In this document: positions 1-9,779 of the stretch, piece after piece
Position numbering within the stretch: the first letter of the stretch is position 1
Layout: each line of letters begins with the position of its first letter
The notes under the pieces: generated by a model
What the model was told of the DNA's origin: nothing
What the model saw: the letters and a program-made list of their open reading frames with translations, nothing else
Databases searched by the model: none
Position numbers and translations under genes: made by a program
Source: Capsulimonadaceae bacterium
GTDB lineage: Bacteria > Armatimonadota > Armatimonadia > Armatimonadales > Capsulimonadaceae
Assembly: GCA_965215505.1 (NCBI GenBank)
Contig: OZ244065.1
Span: 4,960,001 to 5,024,000 of the forward strand
Direction: 5' to 3'
DNA length: 64,000 bases

Positions 1-375
1 CGCTGGGGGACGAAATACCTGTCACTGCGGCAGGCGGACGAAGTCGCCCACGCCCAGAAGGTCGGGCTTTACAACGCGCAGGGGTGGGGGGCACACCTCA
101 CCGACGAGCAGGCGTTCATCATCCAGATCGCGCCCGCCCCAGGCGGCCCTGACGTGCTGACGGACATGGGCAGCAACTTCGAGACGTTCACCAAGGCCGC
201 CTTCCAGGAACTGGAAACGCTCGGCCCGCTTACGCTCCTGGAGCCGGGCCGGTCCGTGACGCACACGGAACACTGGTTCCTGGCGAAGACCGGGCCGGTC
301 CCGGACACCGATGAGGCGCTGGATGCCTCCCTCCTGCCGATCGTGCGGGACGCCCAGGCGCAGGCAGTCAGCTAA
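1..375 (+). CDS. 3' part of a hypothetical protein (DUF4380-like), truncated by window start
   Basis: Frame is open from base 1 (RWGTKYLSLRQ...QKVGLYNAQGW...NFETFT...ELETLGPL...HTEHW) to TAA at 373-375; followed by a terminator. Confidence 0.6.
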   Translation, partial: RWGTKYLSLRQADEVAHAQKVGLYNAQGWGAHLTDEQAFIIQIAPAPGGPDVLTDMGSNFETFTKAAFQELETLGPLTLLEPGRSVTHTEHWFLAKTGPVPDTDEALDASLLPIVRDAQAQAVS

Positions 376-384
376 GGCGCACCG

Positions 385-422
385 AAAAGGCCCCCCGATT
401 TTGGAAACCGGGGGGCCTTTTT
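385..422. terminator. Bidirectional intrinsic terminator
   Basis: AAAAGGCCCCCCG...CGGGGGGCCTTTTT hairpin between convergent genes. Confidence 0.85.
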
Positions 423-439
423 GCTGACTTCCGAAGAGA

Positions 440-715
440 CTACTGGCCGCCGCCCGCTCCGGCGGGCGCGGGAGCCGTCGGGGGCGTACTCATGCTGCTG
501 GCTCCCGCCGGGCTGCCGGGAGAAGCCAGGGGCGGTGCGCTCGGGGCGGGTGCCGAGGCAGGCGCAGTGAGCGTGATCGGCGTCGCCGGCTTCTGATGGT
601 CGCTGTACAGGGCGACGCCGATGAAGACCGCCACGAATGCCAGCACGACGAGGATCACAAGTGTCCCCCAATTGGCATTTTCGGTGCTGGTGTCGGTGTT
701 TGCGTTGACGCTCAT
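440..715 (-). CDS. Small single-pass membrane protein with Pro/Ala-rich tail
   Basis: 91 aa, hydrophobic segment WGTLVILVVLAFVAVFIGVALY, AGGAGG RBS upstream. Confidence 0.7.
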   Translation of the reverse strand: MSVNANTDTSTENANWGTLVILVVLAFVAVFIGVALYSDHQKPATPITLTAPASAPAPSAPPLASPGSPAGASSMSTPPTAPAPAGAGGGQ

Positions 716-795
716 GGGGCGCCTCCTGACGGGTTGGATTGAGTGCGATTATACCCCATCCGGGCGTACCGATGTCATCCCCGCCCTGCGCTCTT

Positions 796-1326
796 TTAGC
801 GGAAGAAGGTGGAGAAGCCCAGGATCAGGTTGGACGTGCCCGAAGAGTGGCGCGCGGCGCGGTAGTCTGCCTCCAGGTTCAGGGCGATGTTCGGGTTGAA
901 AAAGTACTTCACGCCGCCTTGCCCGCCGACCGAGGCGCTGCTGTCGTTGACGTGCGAATAGCCCACGAACACGCCGAGGTAGGGCAGGAGCGGGTTAGTC
1001 GCCCCGCCGGAGAAGTAGTAGTTCGCGAACCCACCCACGGACGACGCCGTGGTGGAATGCCTGGCCCCCGAGACCTCAGCGACGCCGCCGAACTCCACGG
1101 TGGGGGAGGTGAAGTAGCCGTAGCTGCCCTGCACGGCATAGGGCTTGTTGCCGTTGAAGGAGTAGTTGGCGGCGACGCCAATCTCTTTCGTCCCCGATGT
1201 CGGCAGCAGCAGGGTGTCAGGCGGCGTCAGCGTCGCCTGCGCCCGCGCCGCCGGGGCGAGGGACAGGAATGCAGCGGCCAGGACCGCCCCCAGGGCGCAA
1301 ACGCCCGGCGTCTTGGAAAATGGCAT
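796..1326 (-). CDS. Outer-membrane beta-barrel protein
   Basis: Signal peptide (AARAQA), alternating aromatic strands (GSYGYF, PYLGVFVGY, GGVKYFF), C-terminal FSTFFR; AAGGAG RBS before MPFSK. Confidence 0.75.
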   Translation of the reverse strand: MPFSKTPGVCALGAVLAAAFLSLAPAARAQATLTPPDTLLLPTSGTKEIGVAANYSFNGNKPYAVQGSYGYFTSPTVEFGGVAEVSGARHSTTASSVGGFANYYFSGGATNPLLPYLGVFVGYSHVNDSSASVGGQGGVKYFFNPNIALNLEADYRAARHSSGTSNLILGFSTFFR

Positions 1327-1538
1327 GGTGGTCGTCTCCTTCGGTGGGTCGTGGTTCCCCGGAGGGGGGTAGTGCGGGGAAGCTCCGGGAATAGTCAACA
1401 GCTACTTACCCAAATCTCGCCGGCTCAAACATGACGCGGGACGCGCACACAGGCCACTCGCGGCGCTTTGGGGTCCGTTTGAAGTATAATCGTCCCTGAG
1501 ACTTCGGCAGCCACAGTGCCGACGACAAAGGAACCCTC

Positions 1539-2501
1539 ATGCCTAGAACGCGCCGCCTCAGAATGCCCCGCCTCAGAATGCCCCGCCTCCCCCTCGTGGG
1601 GATATCACTGTTCCTGCTGGTCCTGCTGGCCGTAGCCGCACAGGCCGCCCCCAGGCGCGTCCCGGCCCGGCCCGCCGTGGCCGCCGAGCGGTTCACCTTC
1701 GTCGCCTATGGCGACACGCGCACCGACCCCGCCGCCCACGCGCGCGTCATCCAGGAGATCGTCGGACTGCACCCCGAGTTCGTCCTGCAAAGCGGCGACC
1801 TCGTTTCCAACGGGACCAACCCCAAGCAGTGGGACCTGTTCAACCAGATCACGCAGCCGCTCCGCGCCGCCCACATCGCCTACTATCCGGCGCGCGGCAA
1901 CCACGATTTGGGCACCTTCTATCCTCATTATGTCCCCGGCACGTTTGACTCGGGCGACAAGGTCAACCGCCTGTATTACGCCTTCACCCGCCACAACAAC
2001 CGTTTCATCATCGTGGACAGCATGGAGCCTTACGATCCGGGCAGCGTCCAGTACGTCTGGCTCGAACGCGAGCTGGCCCGCTCGAAGGCCTTCGTCAGCA
2101 CCTTCGTCATGTTCCACGAGGGCCCGTTCTCGGTCGGCCCGCACGGGCCGACGCTGGACGCGCAGAAGTACCTGCACCCGCTGTTCGTCAAGTACCACCC
2201 CCGCGCCGTTTTCTGCGGCCACGATCACCTCTACTACCGGACCAAGCGCGATGGAGTCACCTACATCGTCACCGGCGGCGGCGGTGCCCCGCCCTACCGG
2301 CCCGAGAACGCCCAGATCGCCATCCCCGGCGACGTATTCCAGCGCGACGTGGACAGCGTAGGCCGCCCCCTGAGTGACGTCCAATACGACGCCCTGATCT
2401 ATCACGCCATCCGCTGCGAGGTGGACGGCCCGCGCGTCACGGCGACCGTCATCCGGCTCGATGGCAGCATTATCGACAAATTCACACTGGGATCCAAGTA
2501 G
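1539..2501 (+). CDS. Secreted calcineurin-like metallophosphoesterase
   Basis: GDTR, SGDLV, GNHD, FHE, GHDH motifs and signal peptide; exact start uncertain (three Met in an N-terminal repeat). Confidence 0.88.
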   Translation: MPRTRRLRMPRLRMPRLPLVGISLFLLVLLAVAAQAAPRRVPARPAVAAERFTFVAYGDTRTDPAAHARVIQEIVGLHPEFVLQSGDLVSNGTNPKQWDLFNQITQPLRAAHIAYYPARGNHDLGTFYPHYVPGTFDSGDKVNRLYYAFTRHNNRFIIVDSMEPYDPGSVQYVWLERELARSKAFVSTFVMFHEGPFSVGPHGPTLDAQKYLHPLFVKYHPRAVFCGHDHLYYRTKRDGVTYIVTGGGGAPPYRPENAQIAIPGDVFQRDVDSVGRPLSDVQYDALIYHAIRCEVDGPRVTATVIRLDGSIIDKFTLGSK

Positions 2502-2634
2502 AAGGGCAGACACATCCCTAAGTTTTACTGACAAATCATGTGGGAACAGTACGTTAGCGGAACAAAAACGTCTCTTACTCAGTCATTCGTGTAAGCTGGA
2601 CAAGACAAAAACCCGCTATAAGGAGCGCCCACCG

Positions 2635-3222
2635 ATGTCAGTAGCACAAGCACCCGCCCGAAACCCTTATCACAAACCTAGAACCGTGGACGAGCTGACC
2701 GAGCGCAACGTGGAGCTTGTCGCACAACTCGACGAAACCGCCCGGTCCAAGCGGACGCCCACGGACCGCGTCGTGGACACCATCACGGGCTTCTGCGGCA
2801 AGATCGCATTCATCTGGGTGCATGTGCTTTGGTTCAGCGCCTGGATGGTTTACAACTTCCTGCCGCACCTGCCTAAAGGGTGGCGGTTTGATCCCTACCC
2901 GTGGCCGCTCCTGCTGATGATCGTGAATCTGGAGGCGATCTTCCTGTCAACGTTCATCCTGATCAGCCAGAACCGCCAGAACCGGCTAGCAGAGCGCCGT
3001 TCGCATCTGGATTTGCAGATAAATTTGCTATCTGAGCAGGAAAACACCAAAATGCTGACGATGCTGGAGGCTATCGTCCACCACTTCGACATCCCCGACG
3101 GCGACCCGGAGGTCTCGGTCCTGGCCGCGTCCACCGAGCCAGAGCGGCTGGTGAGGCAGATCGAGAAGGTGATCGACAAGGAAGCGCAGTCGAAGAGGTC
3201 GGACGACGGCAACGAGCCGTAA
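2635..3222 (+). CDS. DUF1003 membrane protein
   Basis: FDPYPW..L...VNLEAIFLSTFILISQNRQ...LDLQINLLSEQE signature; AAGGAG RBS. Confidence 0.85.
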   Translation: MSVAQAPARNPYHKPRTVDELTERNVELVAQLDETARSKRTPTDRVVDTITGFCGKIAFIWVHVLWFSAWMVYNFLPHLPKGWRFDPYPWPLLLMIVNLEAIFLSTFILISQNRQNRLAERRSHLDLQINLLSEQENTKMLTMLEAIVHHFDIPDGDPEVSVLAASTEPERLVRQIEKVIDKEAQSKRSDDGNEP

Positions 3223-3237
3223 CAGAAGGACGAAACC

Positions 3238-3798
3238 TTGACCGTACCCGCCGAAGCCCTGCCGGAACACGTCAGCCAGCATGTAGACACGGTCGCCGCG
3301 CTCCACGCGCGGGCCGAAAGCGGCGTCAGTATCCATCAGCGGGTGGTGGAGGCCGTCACCTCGAACCTGGGCCGGCCCCTGTTCCTGAACCTCACTTTGG
3401 CCGCTCTCGCCCTCTGGATGCTGGTCAACGTCTTTCCCAGGCGCTTCGGCATCGCCGCGTTCGACCCGTTCCCGTTCCCCCTGCTGGCCGGGGCCGTCAG
3501 CACCGGCGGGCTGCTGCTGGCGATCGTCATCCTGATCACGCAGAACCGGCAGGCGCGGGCCGCCGAGCGGCGGGCGCAGCTCGACCTTCAGGTCAGCCTC
3601 CTGACCGAGCAGAAGATCGCCAAGCTGATCGCGCTCGTGGAGGAGCTTCGCCGCGACATGCCCACGGTCCGGGACCGTCTGGACCCCGTCGCCGCCGCCA
3701 TGTCCGAGGCGACCGACCCCCACGCCATCCTGGACGCCCTGGAAGAGAAGCTGGACGAGGCGGTGGAGCTGGTAGAAGAGGCACAGGGGCAGGTGTGA
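3238..3798 (+). CDS. DUF1003 membrane protein (tandem paralogue)
   Basis: FDPFPFPLL...ILITQNRQ...LDLQVSLLTEQK signature. Confidence 0.85.
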   Translation: MTVPAEALPEHVSQHVDTVAALHARAESGVSIHQRVVEAVTSNLGRPLFLNLTLAALALWMLVNVFPRRFGIAAFDPFPFPLLAGAVSTGGLLLAIVILITQNRQARAAERRAQLDLQVSLLTEQKIAKLIALVEELRRDMPTVRDRLDPVAAAMSEATDPHAILDALEEKLDEAVELVEEAQGQV

Positions 3799-3896
3799 GG
3801 GAAGGGAGCGCGTCCTTACGGAGCGCCGTGTTCTCGTTCGCAGAACGCTTTTCCTAGCGAGTGGTTTTCAACCACTCGTCCTTGCCGCCGTGCTGC

Positions 3897-6587
3897 TCAC
3901 CGCGCCCCCGCCTTGGTCTCCCGCGCCGCCGCGTCAACAAGCCCCGCCAGCGGATGCTCGCCGCGCGTGGCCTCCGCGTCCGCGAAGTCCAGGACGAAGC
4001 CGCCCCAGGCGCTTTTGCCGCCCGCCATCTTCCCCGCGAGGTCCGTTTGGAGTGCGCGGGCCAGAGCGTCGGTGTCGGCGGAGTTGCTGACGCGCTCGCG
4101 CAGCAGAGCGGCCTTGCCCTGCTTCTGCGCTCCAACGGCGATCCGTTCGGGCTTCGGGTAAAACTCGCCGACGAACAGCGTCCGCAGGGGCGGCGGGAGT
4201 TGCCTCGGGTCGTCCCAGCTTGCCAGCCATTCGGTGCGGACGGCGCTCTGCTCCATCAGAATGGGCCGCGCGGACACGCGCGCCTGACGCATCGCGCCCA
4301 GCAGGGCGGCATTGGCCCCGGCCCGCGCCTTGTCCCACAATGCGGGCAGAGCCTTGTCCGCCGCCGCGTCGTCGAAGGCAGGTAGGCTGACGTCGGCCCT
4401 CAGAGATAACGCTGGCGTGATGTCCAGCGGGTCGGCGTGGGCGAAGCGCAGGAAGGCCAGGCGCATCGCGGGCGTGTAGCCCAAGTCGCTGCCCGCCTCG
4501 GCGTCTTCCCAGACGAACCCGGCCAGGCCGGGCCGGGCGGACAAGCCCTGCACCAGCGCCGTCAGAGTACCGCGCACCGTCTCCGCCGCCGGGCTGACCA
4601 GGACAGGGGGCGGCGCGAACACGACCGGCTTGCCCGCGTCGTCGTACTCCGCCTCCTGCATCCGGTCGCGGGCGTGTACGCCCACTTCCTGACTGTTCTC
4701 TCCCTCGATGGAGAGGTCGCGAGCGGCCTCGGGCGGCGCGTCCCCCCAGGGCAGCAGGCTCAGGTCGGCGTACATGGTGATGCCGGTGCCTGCCGTCTGC
4801 TTCAAGGCTTCCCCCAAGATGTCTGGATCTTTGCCGCCGACGTGCGAGACGCCGCCGGAGAACACGTCCAGCCACAGCTCATTCAGGCCGACCTTCCGCA
4901 TCGCCGCGACTAAGGCGTCCACAGACGCCGCCGTGCGCGGGTGTCCGATTACGGCCCGCCGGAGCCGGGAGCGCAGCAGAGGTATCAGCGCGGGGAGCGG
5001 CACTGACTTTGTCGTCTCCTGTGGGTGGAAGGCTTCGGGGTGACGTTCTGCGGCAATGGCCTCGCCAGGCCAGAACAGCATCCACATCGGCTGCTGAAGG
5101 CCCGACTCTACCAGTGTGTTTATCGTTGGTATCAGCATCTCGACCTTGTATTCCATCCTGAGATCCACCGGCCCGGTCGGGTCCGCCTCCTGGGGATCGC
5201 CTTCCGCAAGATACTGCGGCAAGGTGCTGCTCGCGCTCCGCTCCTCGTAATCGGCGGCGGTCCGGCGAGCCAAGTCCTGCTGTGCCGCCGTCAGCTTCGC
5301 ATAGGGGTAGCGGCCCTCTTCGCCGGGCAGCTCAGGGATCATGATATCTCTCTTCATGGCCGTCATTTGGCTAGGTGTGAGGGCTATAGGATCGCCGAAT
5401 GCCGGCAGGGCGCGCGCCTGATTGATGCGGCGCTTGAGCAGCGCCGCCCCGGCCCGGTCGCCCAGAGCGTGCTGGCCGTCTTGCGCCGCCTCCTCCCACT
5501 CCGCTAGTCGCTGGCGGCGCGCGCCGACGCCAGCCAAGGCGTCCGTCAGGACAAAGGCCGGGCCGACCTGCCGGTAGGTGCCCGCCACGGCGAGGGCCAG
5601 TGCGCCGAGTAGGTCGCCCGCCGGGGCGGACGGCGCGGGGCCGATCACCATCAGCGTCCGTCGCGCGTAGTGCGGGTCGGCGTAGACCTCCTTGTGTGAG
5701 AGTGCCGCAATCCGCTCGGTCATGTCTTCCACCGTCCGCAGGCCCGCCACCGGAACCGCCACCGCAAGCGCCGGGTCATCCAAGTGCAAATCGCCCGGCC
5801 GGGGCGTGTTGATGACGGTGGCCCGCAGGGCGACGTTGTGCTGGGCGGCGGGAGAGTCCAGCTTCGGCGACCAGGTGTGCAGCCGCTTCGCTTCGTCCGC
5901 CGCCTTCACAGAGAAGTAGATGGTCTGCCCCGCACGGTCATGAACATAGAGGTGCGTAGTCTGCCCCAACCGGATGCGGACGCCGTCGATCTGGTCTGAA
6001 ACGTCGCGCGTGTCCGTGCGCTGGTCGTCGGGCAGCTTCGCCATCTCCGGGTCCTGCGAGGCGACCCACAACCGCCCTCGAGGGAACAAGGCGTGGAACA
6101 AGGCCTGCTGCGTCCTGTCCGGCAGGTCTGTCAGGCCCAGGCCGCGCTCCGAGGTTAATGCCGCCCACTGCGAGTCGTCCAGGCTGGCCGCCAGCATTCT
6201 GAAAGCCGGACGGGGGCTGAGATCTGCCGTCACGTCCGGCGGCGCGGGGTCCTCGTTCAGCACGACGCGCGTTGCCGGGGCGACGGCGGTAACAGTCCCG
6301 AACGGTTGCGCCTGTTCGCCGAACGCCGCCGCGACAGTGCCGAGGTCTACGCCGCCCGTCGGCGGTGCTTCTGCCCCGGCGGACAGCTTCACCTTGTCTG
6401 CCCCGACCGCCAGCAGGACGCCTTGCGTCGGCGGCGGCATGGACGCCAGCGCCCCGGCCAGCGTCAGGCCGGGCGGCGTGGGCGGCTTCGTCTGCGCCCC
6501 GGCAGGCCCCAGCAGCAGCAAGGACGGCAGGAGTGCCAGGAACGCGCGGGAGCCGCCTCGCCCGCTTGCATGGCCTTTGCTCCGCAT
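3897..6587 (-). CDS. Large secreted hypothetical protein, paralogue of 11291-13918; possible C-terminal TIM-barrel (GHL10/DUF187-like) domain
   Basis: ~896 aa with signal peptide; GLNELWLDVF, LAGFVW, DLGYTPAMRLAFLR..H.DPLDI motifs shared with the 875-aa ORF. Confidence 0.75.
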   Translation of the reverse strand: MRSKGHASGRGGSRAFLALLPSLLLLGPAGAQTKPPTPPGLTLAGALASMPPPTQGVLLAVGADKVKLSAGAEAPPTGGVDLGTVAAAFGEQAQPFGTVTAVAPATRVVLNEDPAPPDVTADLSPRPAFRMLAASLDDSQWAALTSERGLGLTDLPDRTQQALFHALFPRGRLWVASQDPEMAKLPDDQRTDTRDVSDQIDGVRIRLGQTTHLYVHDRAGQTIYFSVKAADEAKRLHTWSPKLDSPAAQHNVALRATVINTPRPGDLHLDDPALAVAVPVAGLRTVEDMTERIAALSHKEVYADPHYARRTLMVIGPAPSAPAGDLLGALALAVAGTYRQVGPAFVLTDALAGVGARRQRLAEWEEAAQDGQHALGDRAGAALLKRRINQARALPAFGDPIALTPSQMTAMKRDIMIPELPGEEGRYPYAKLTAAQQDLARRTAADYEERSASSTLPQYLAEGDPQEADPTGPVDLRMEYKVEMLIPTINTLVESGLQQPMWMLFWPGEAIAAERHPEAFHPQETTKSVPLPALIPLLRSRLRRAVIGHPRTAASVDALVAAMRKVGLNELWLDVFSGGVSHVGGKDPDILGEALKQTAGTGITMYADLSLLPWGDAPPEAARDLSIEGENSQEVGVHARDRMQEAEYDDAGKPVVFAPPPVLVSPAAETVRGTLTALVQGLSARPGLAGFVWEDAEAGSDLGYTPAMRLAFLRFAHADPLDITPALSLRADVSLPAFDDAAADKALPALWDKARAGANAALLGAMRQARVSARPILMEQSAVRTEWLASWDDPRQLPPPLRTLFVGEFYPKPERIAVGAQKQGKAALLRERVSNSADTDALARALQTDLAGKMAGGKSAWGGFVLDFADAEATRGEHPLAGLVDAAARETKAGAR

Positions 6588-6729
6588 GAAGATAGTGTAT
6601 AGCATATCCCTAATAACGGGCGGCGCACGAGAACGGTTCGCGGCTGACGTTGACAGCGGGCGGCGCGATTCGGGTACACTGAAACGCCTGACAACCAGCC
6701 AATAAGAGCGATATAAGAGAGATCAAGCC

Positions 6730-7857
6730 TTGTCCAACCCAAGCCCGAATGCTGCCCCCCCGAACATCGCCGTCGTCATCCCCGCCGGGGGCGGCGGGAC
6801 GCGCCTGTGGCCTCGCAGCCGCCGCGAGACGCCCAAGCAGTTCCTCGACATCGTCAGCGAGCGCACCATGCTCCAGGAAACCACCGATCGCGTGCAGGGG
6901 CTTGTCCCGCCCGAGCGGCTGTACGTCATCACCAACGCCCAACATGCGCCCGCCGTCCGCGCCCAGCTTGAGGGGGTCCCGCCCGGCAACGTCGTCGGCG
7001 AACCTGAAGGCCGCGATTCCGCCCCGGCCATCGGCCTGATGGCGGCCATCTTGGAAAAGACGCAGGGGCCGGAGGCGGTCATGGCGACCCTGCCCGCCGA
7101 CCACGTCATCCTGAACGAACCGCAGTTCCGGGACATCCTGCGCGCCGCCGCCGAGGTCGCCGCCGACGGCTACCTGGTCACGCTGGGCATCCCGCCGACC
7201 GGGCCGGACGTCGGCTTCGGCTACATCCAGAGCGGCGAGACGGTCCGCGAACAGACCGAGGCCGGTGTTCCCGCCTTTCTGGTCAAGCAGTTCAAGGAGA
7301 AGCCCAGCCGCGAGGTCGCCGAGCAGTACCTGCGCGACGGCGGCTACTACTGGAACGCGGGCATGTTCATCGCCTCGGTCAAGACCCTGCGCGACCTGTA
7401 CAAGACCCATCTGCCCCAGATGGAAGCGGGCTTTGCCCAAATCGTCGCCGCCCACGGGACCGACGGCTTTGAATCCACACTGGCCGCCGTCTTCCCGACA
7501 CTGGAAAAGGTTTCAGTAGACTACGGCATCGCCGAGAAGGCGGACCGCGTGGCCGTCATCCCCGCCGACATCGGCTGGAACGATGTGGGCTCCTGGGAGC
7601 GGCTGGCCGAAGTGCTGGAAACGGCGGGCAAGCACGACGCCGAAACCGGCAACGTCGTCGTCGGCCACCACATCGGCGTGGACACCCACGCCTCGCTCAT
7701 CTACAGCCCTGACCGCCTCATCGCCACCATCGGCATGGAAGACATCATCGTCATTGACACGCCCGATGCGACGCTCATCTGCCCCAAGTCGCGCTCGGAG
7801 GACGTGAAGAAGATCGTCGAGGAGTTGAAGGCGCGCGGGCGGCATCACCTTCTGTGA
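6730..7857 (+). CDS. manC: Mannose-1-phosphate guanylyltransferase
   Basis: AGGGGTRLWPRSRRETPKQF, EPEGRDSAPAI, PADH, FKEKP, WNAGMF, GWNDVGSW. Confidence 0.9.
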   Translation: MSNPSPNAAPPNIAVVIPAGGGGTRLWPRSRRETPKQFLDIVSERTMLQETTDRVQGLVPPERLYVITNAQHAPAVRAQLEGVPPGNVVGEPEGRDSAPAIGLMAAILEKTQGPEAVMATLPADHVILNEPQFRDILRAAAEVAADGYLVTLGIPPTGPDVGFGYIQSGETVREQTEAGVPAFLVKQFKEKPSREVAEQYLRDGGYYWNAGMFIASVKTLRDLYKTHLPQMEAGFAQIVAAHGTDGFESTLAAVFPTLEKVSVDYGIAEKADRVAVIPADIGWNDVGSWERLAEVLETAGKHDAETGNVVVGHHIGVDTHASLIYSPDRLIATIGMEDIIVIDTPDATLICPKSRSEDVKKIVEELKARGRHHLL

Positions 7858-7891
7858 GCGGTCCCCGCCCGCGCAGGCATCGGCAAGAACC

Positions 7892-7915
7892 GTAGGGGCG
7901 CGATTCGTCGCGCCC
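7892..7915 (+). repeat. GTAG-type REP-like palindrome
   Basis: GTAG-GGGCGCGA-TTCG-TCGCGCCC. Confidence 0.6.
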
Positions 7916-7935
7916 TCCTTCCTGCCGCGCCCTCC

Positions 7936-8550
7936 TCAGCGCTTCAAGGGGTAATCAATCAGCGGAACGCCCACCGTCTGGGCAACTTGCTCGGCCAGAG
8001 ACCGCGCCGCTACCTTTGAGGCGGTGCCACTCAATACACAGCCGCTTACCAACCGGTTGGGCTTTTTTGGCACGAGCGCAACATTGTTGGTCGGTGTGAC
8101 GCACACCCCTTTGAAGTCGTCCAGGGGGCCGCTGCGCGTCTTGGGCCGCCACGGCCAACCTTCCGTTCTCTCGTAGACCCGGCGCTGCCCGTCCAGGCGG
8201 TAGTCGGCCGGCCCACCCAGATAGATAAAGAGCGCGCTCAGGCACAGAACGCTCACCGTCATCTGAGCCTTAATCAGCGTGTTTGCCAGCGTAGTCTGGT
8301 GGTTCCGGTGGCCGGCGGGTAGGCCGTAAAGTATCGGGAACAGCATCAGCATGAACACGCCAGGGACCATCAGGCTGCTCCGCCGGAGGGATCGGGGCCT
8401 GCGGAACGTCAGAACCCGCCCCTCGGCCCGCTCCAGCCAGCTCCCTTTTGACCTCGTCTCCCCTCGGACCCCGTAAACGAGCATCGTCACCGCGTAAAGC
8501 ATGAAAGTGACGAACCACCAGCCTTGCCATGAATGAAATAGTTTGGTCAT
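7936..8550 (-). CDS. Hypothetical multi-pass membrane protein
   Basis: Three hydrophobic segments; TACAAT 6 nt upstream of the ATG at 8550. Confidence 0.6.
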   Translation of the reverse strand: MTKLFHSWQGWWFVTFMLYAVTMLVYGVRGETRSKGSWLERAEGRVLTFRRPRSLRRSSLMVPGVFMLMLFPILYGLPAGHRNHQTTLANTLIKAQMTVSVLCLSALFIYLGGPADYRLDGQRRVYERTEGWPWRPKTRSGPLDDFKGVCVTPTNNVALVPKKPNRLVSGCVLSGTASKVAARSLAEQVAQTVGVPLIDYPLKR

Positions 8551-8639
8551 GCCGCGATTGTACCACAGCCCAAAAGCCTGTAACAAACGCCCGTCCCGGT
8601 TGTCAATGGTCCCAAGAGAACCACTGATAAGGACGAGGA

Positions 8640-9755
8640 ATGATTGTTCCGATGGCGGACCTCCAGGCGCAGCACCGCGCGCTGAAGGACGAGTTGACGG
8701 GGGCGTTTGAGCAGGTCATGGCCGCCTGCGACTTCGGCGGGCTGGGCGAGAATACGACCAAGCTGGAGCGGGAGATCGCCCAGACGTGCGGCGCGAAGCA
8801 CGGCCTGGGCGTCAACTCGGGGACGGACGCCCTGCTGCTGTCCCTGCTGGCATTGGGCGTGGGGCCGGGCGATGAGGTCATCACCTCGCCGTTCACCTTC
8901 ATCGCCACCGGCGAGACGATCTGCCTGGCGGGCGCGACCCCGGTCTTCGCGGACATTGACCCGCACACCTTCAACCTCGACCCGGAGGCGGCCCAGGCGA
9001 AGATCACGGATCGGACCAAGGCCATCCTTCCCGTTCACCTGTTCGGCCAGATCGCCGACATGACGCGGCTGCAACAGATCGCCCGCCCGCGCGGGATCGC
9101 CCTGCTCGGGGATGCCGCCCAAGCCATCGGCGCGACCCACCAGGGGCTTCCCCTCGGGGCATGGGGGGACATCAACACCCTGTCGTTTTATCCCACCAAG
9201 AACCTCGGTGCCTGCGGCGATGGCGGCATGGTCCTGACCGACCGGGACGACCTGGCCGAGCAGATCAAACTGCTGCGCTTCCACGGGTCCGGCGGCGGCT
9301 ACTTCCACAAGCGCATCGGCTACTGCTCCCGGCTCGACGGCATGCAGGCCGCCCTGCTGCGGGTCAAGGCCCGTCGGCTGAAGGAATGGAACGAGGCCCG
9401 GCGCCATAATGCCGCCCGCTATGACACCGCCTTGTGCGGCCTGGAAGGGCCGCTTGTCCTGCCCTGCGCCGAACAGGGAAACTACCACATCTATCACCAG
9501 TACACCGTGCGCGTCCCCGAGGGACAGCGTGAGGCTCTGCAAAAGCATTTGGCATCGCGCAACGTACAGTCGGCCATCTACTACCCACTCCCGATCCACT
9601 TGCAGGAGGCTTACGCCTTTCTGGGCTACAAGTCCGGTGACCTGCCTGAAAGCGAGAGGGCGGCACGCGAAGTCCTGTCGCTGCCGGTGCATCCCGAGTT
9701 GTCCCCGGAACAGGTCGAGTACGCGGCGGAGTCGGTGCGGGCGTTTTTCGGGTAG
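8640..9755 (+). CDS. DegT/DnrJ/EryC1/StrS PLP-dependent sugar aminotransferase
   Basis: NSGTDAL, PFTFIAT, PVHLFGQ, DAAQAIG, SFYPTKNLGACGDGG, LSLPVHP. Confidence 0.93.
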   Translation: MIVPMADLQAQHRALKDELTGAFEQVMAACDFGGLGENTTKLEREIAQTCGAKHGLGVNSGTDALLLSLLALGVGPGDEVITSPFTFIATGETICLAGATPVFADIDPHTFNLDPEAAQAKITDRTKAILPVHLFGQIADMTRLQQIARPRGIALLGDAAQAIGATHQGLPLGAWGDINTLSFYPTKNLGACGDGGMVLTDRDDLAEQIKLLRFHGSGGGYFHKRIGYCSRLDGMQAALLRVKARRLKEWNEARRHNAARYDTALCGLEGPLVLPCAEQGNYHIYHQYTVRVPEGQREALQKHLASRNVQSAIYYPLPIHLQEAYAFLGYKSGDLPESERAAREVLSLPVHPELSPEQVEYAAESVRAFFG

Positions 9756-9779
9756 ACTAGAGCCGAGGAGACACCCAAT

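Noticed and set aside
1554-1589. 15-bp tandem duplication at the metallophosphoesterase start (RLRMP)
   Set aside because: Short in-frame slippage in a signal-peptide N-region; only affects start choice
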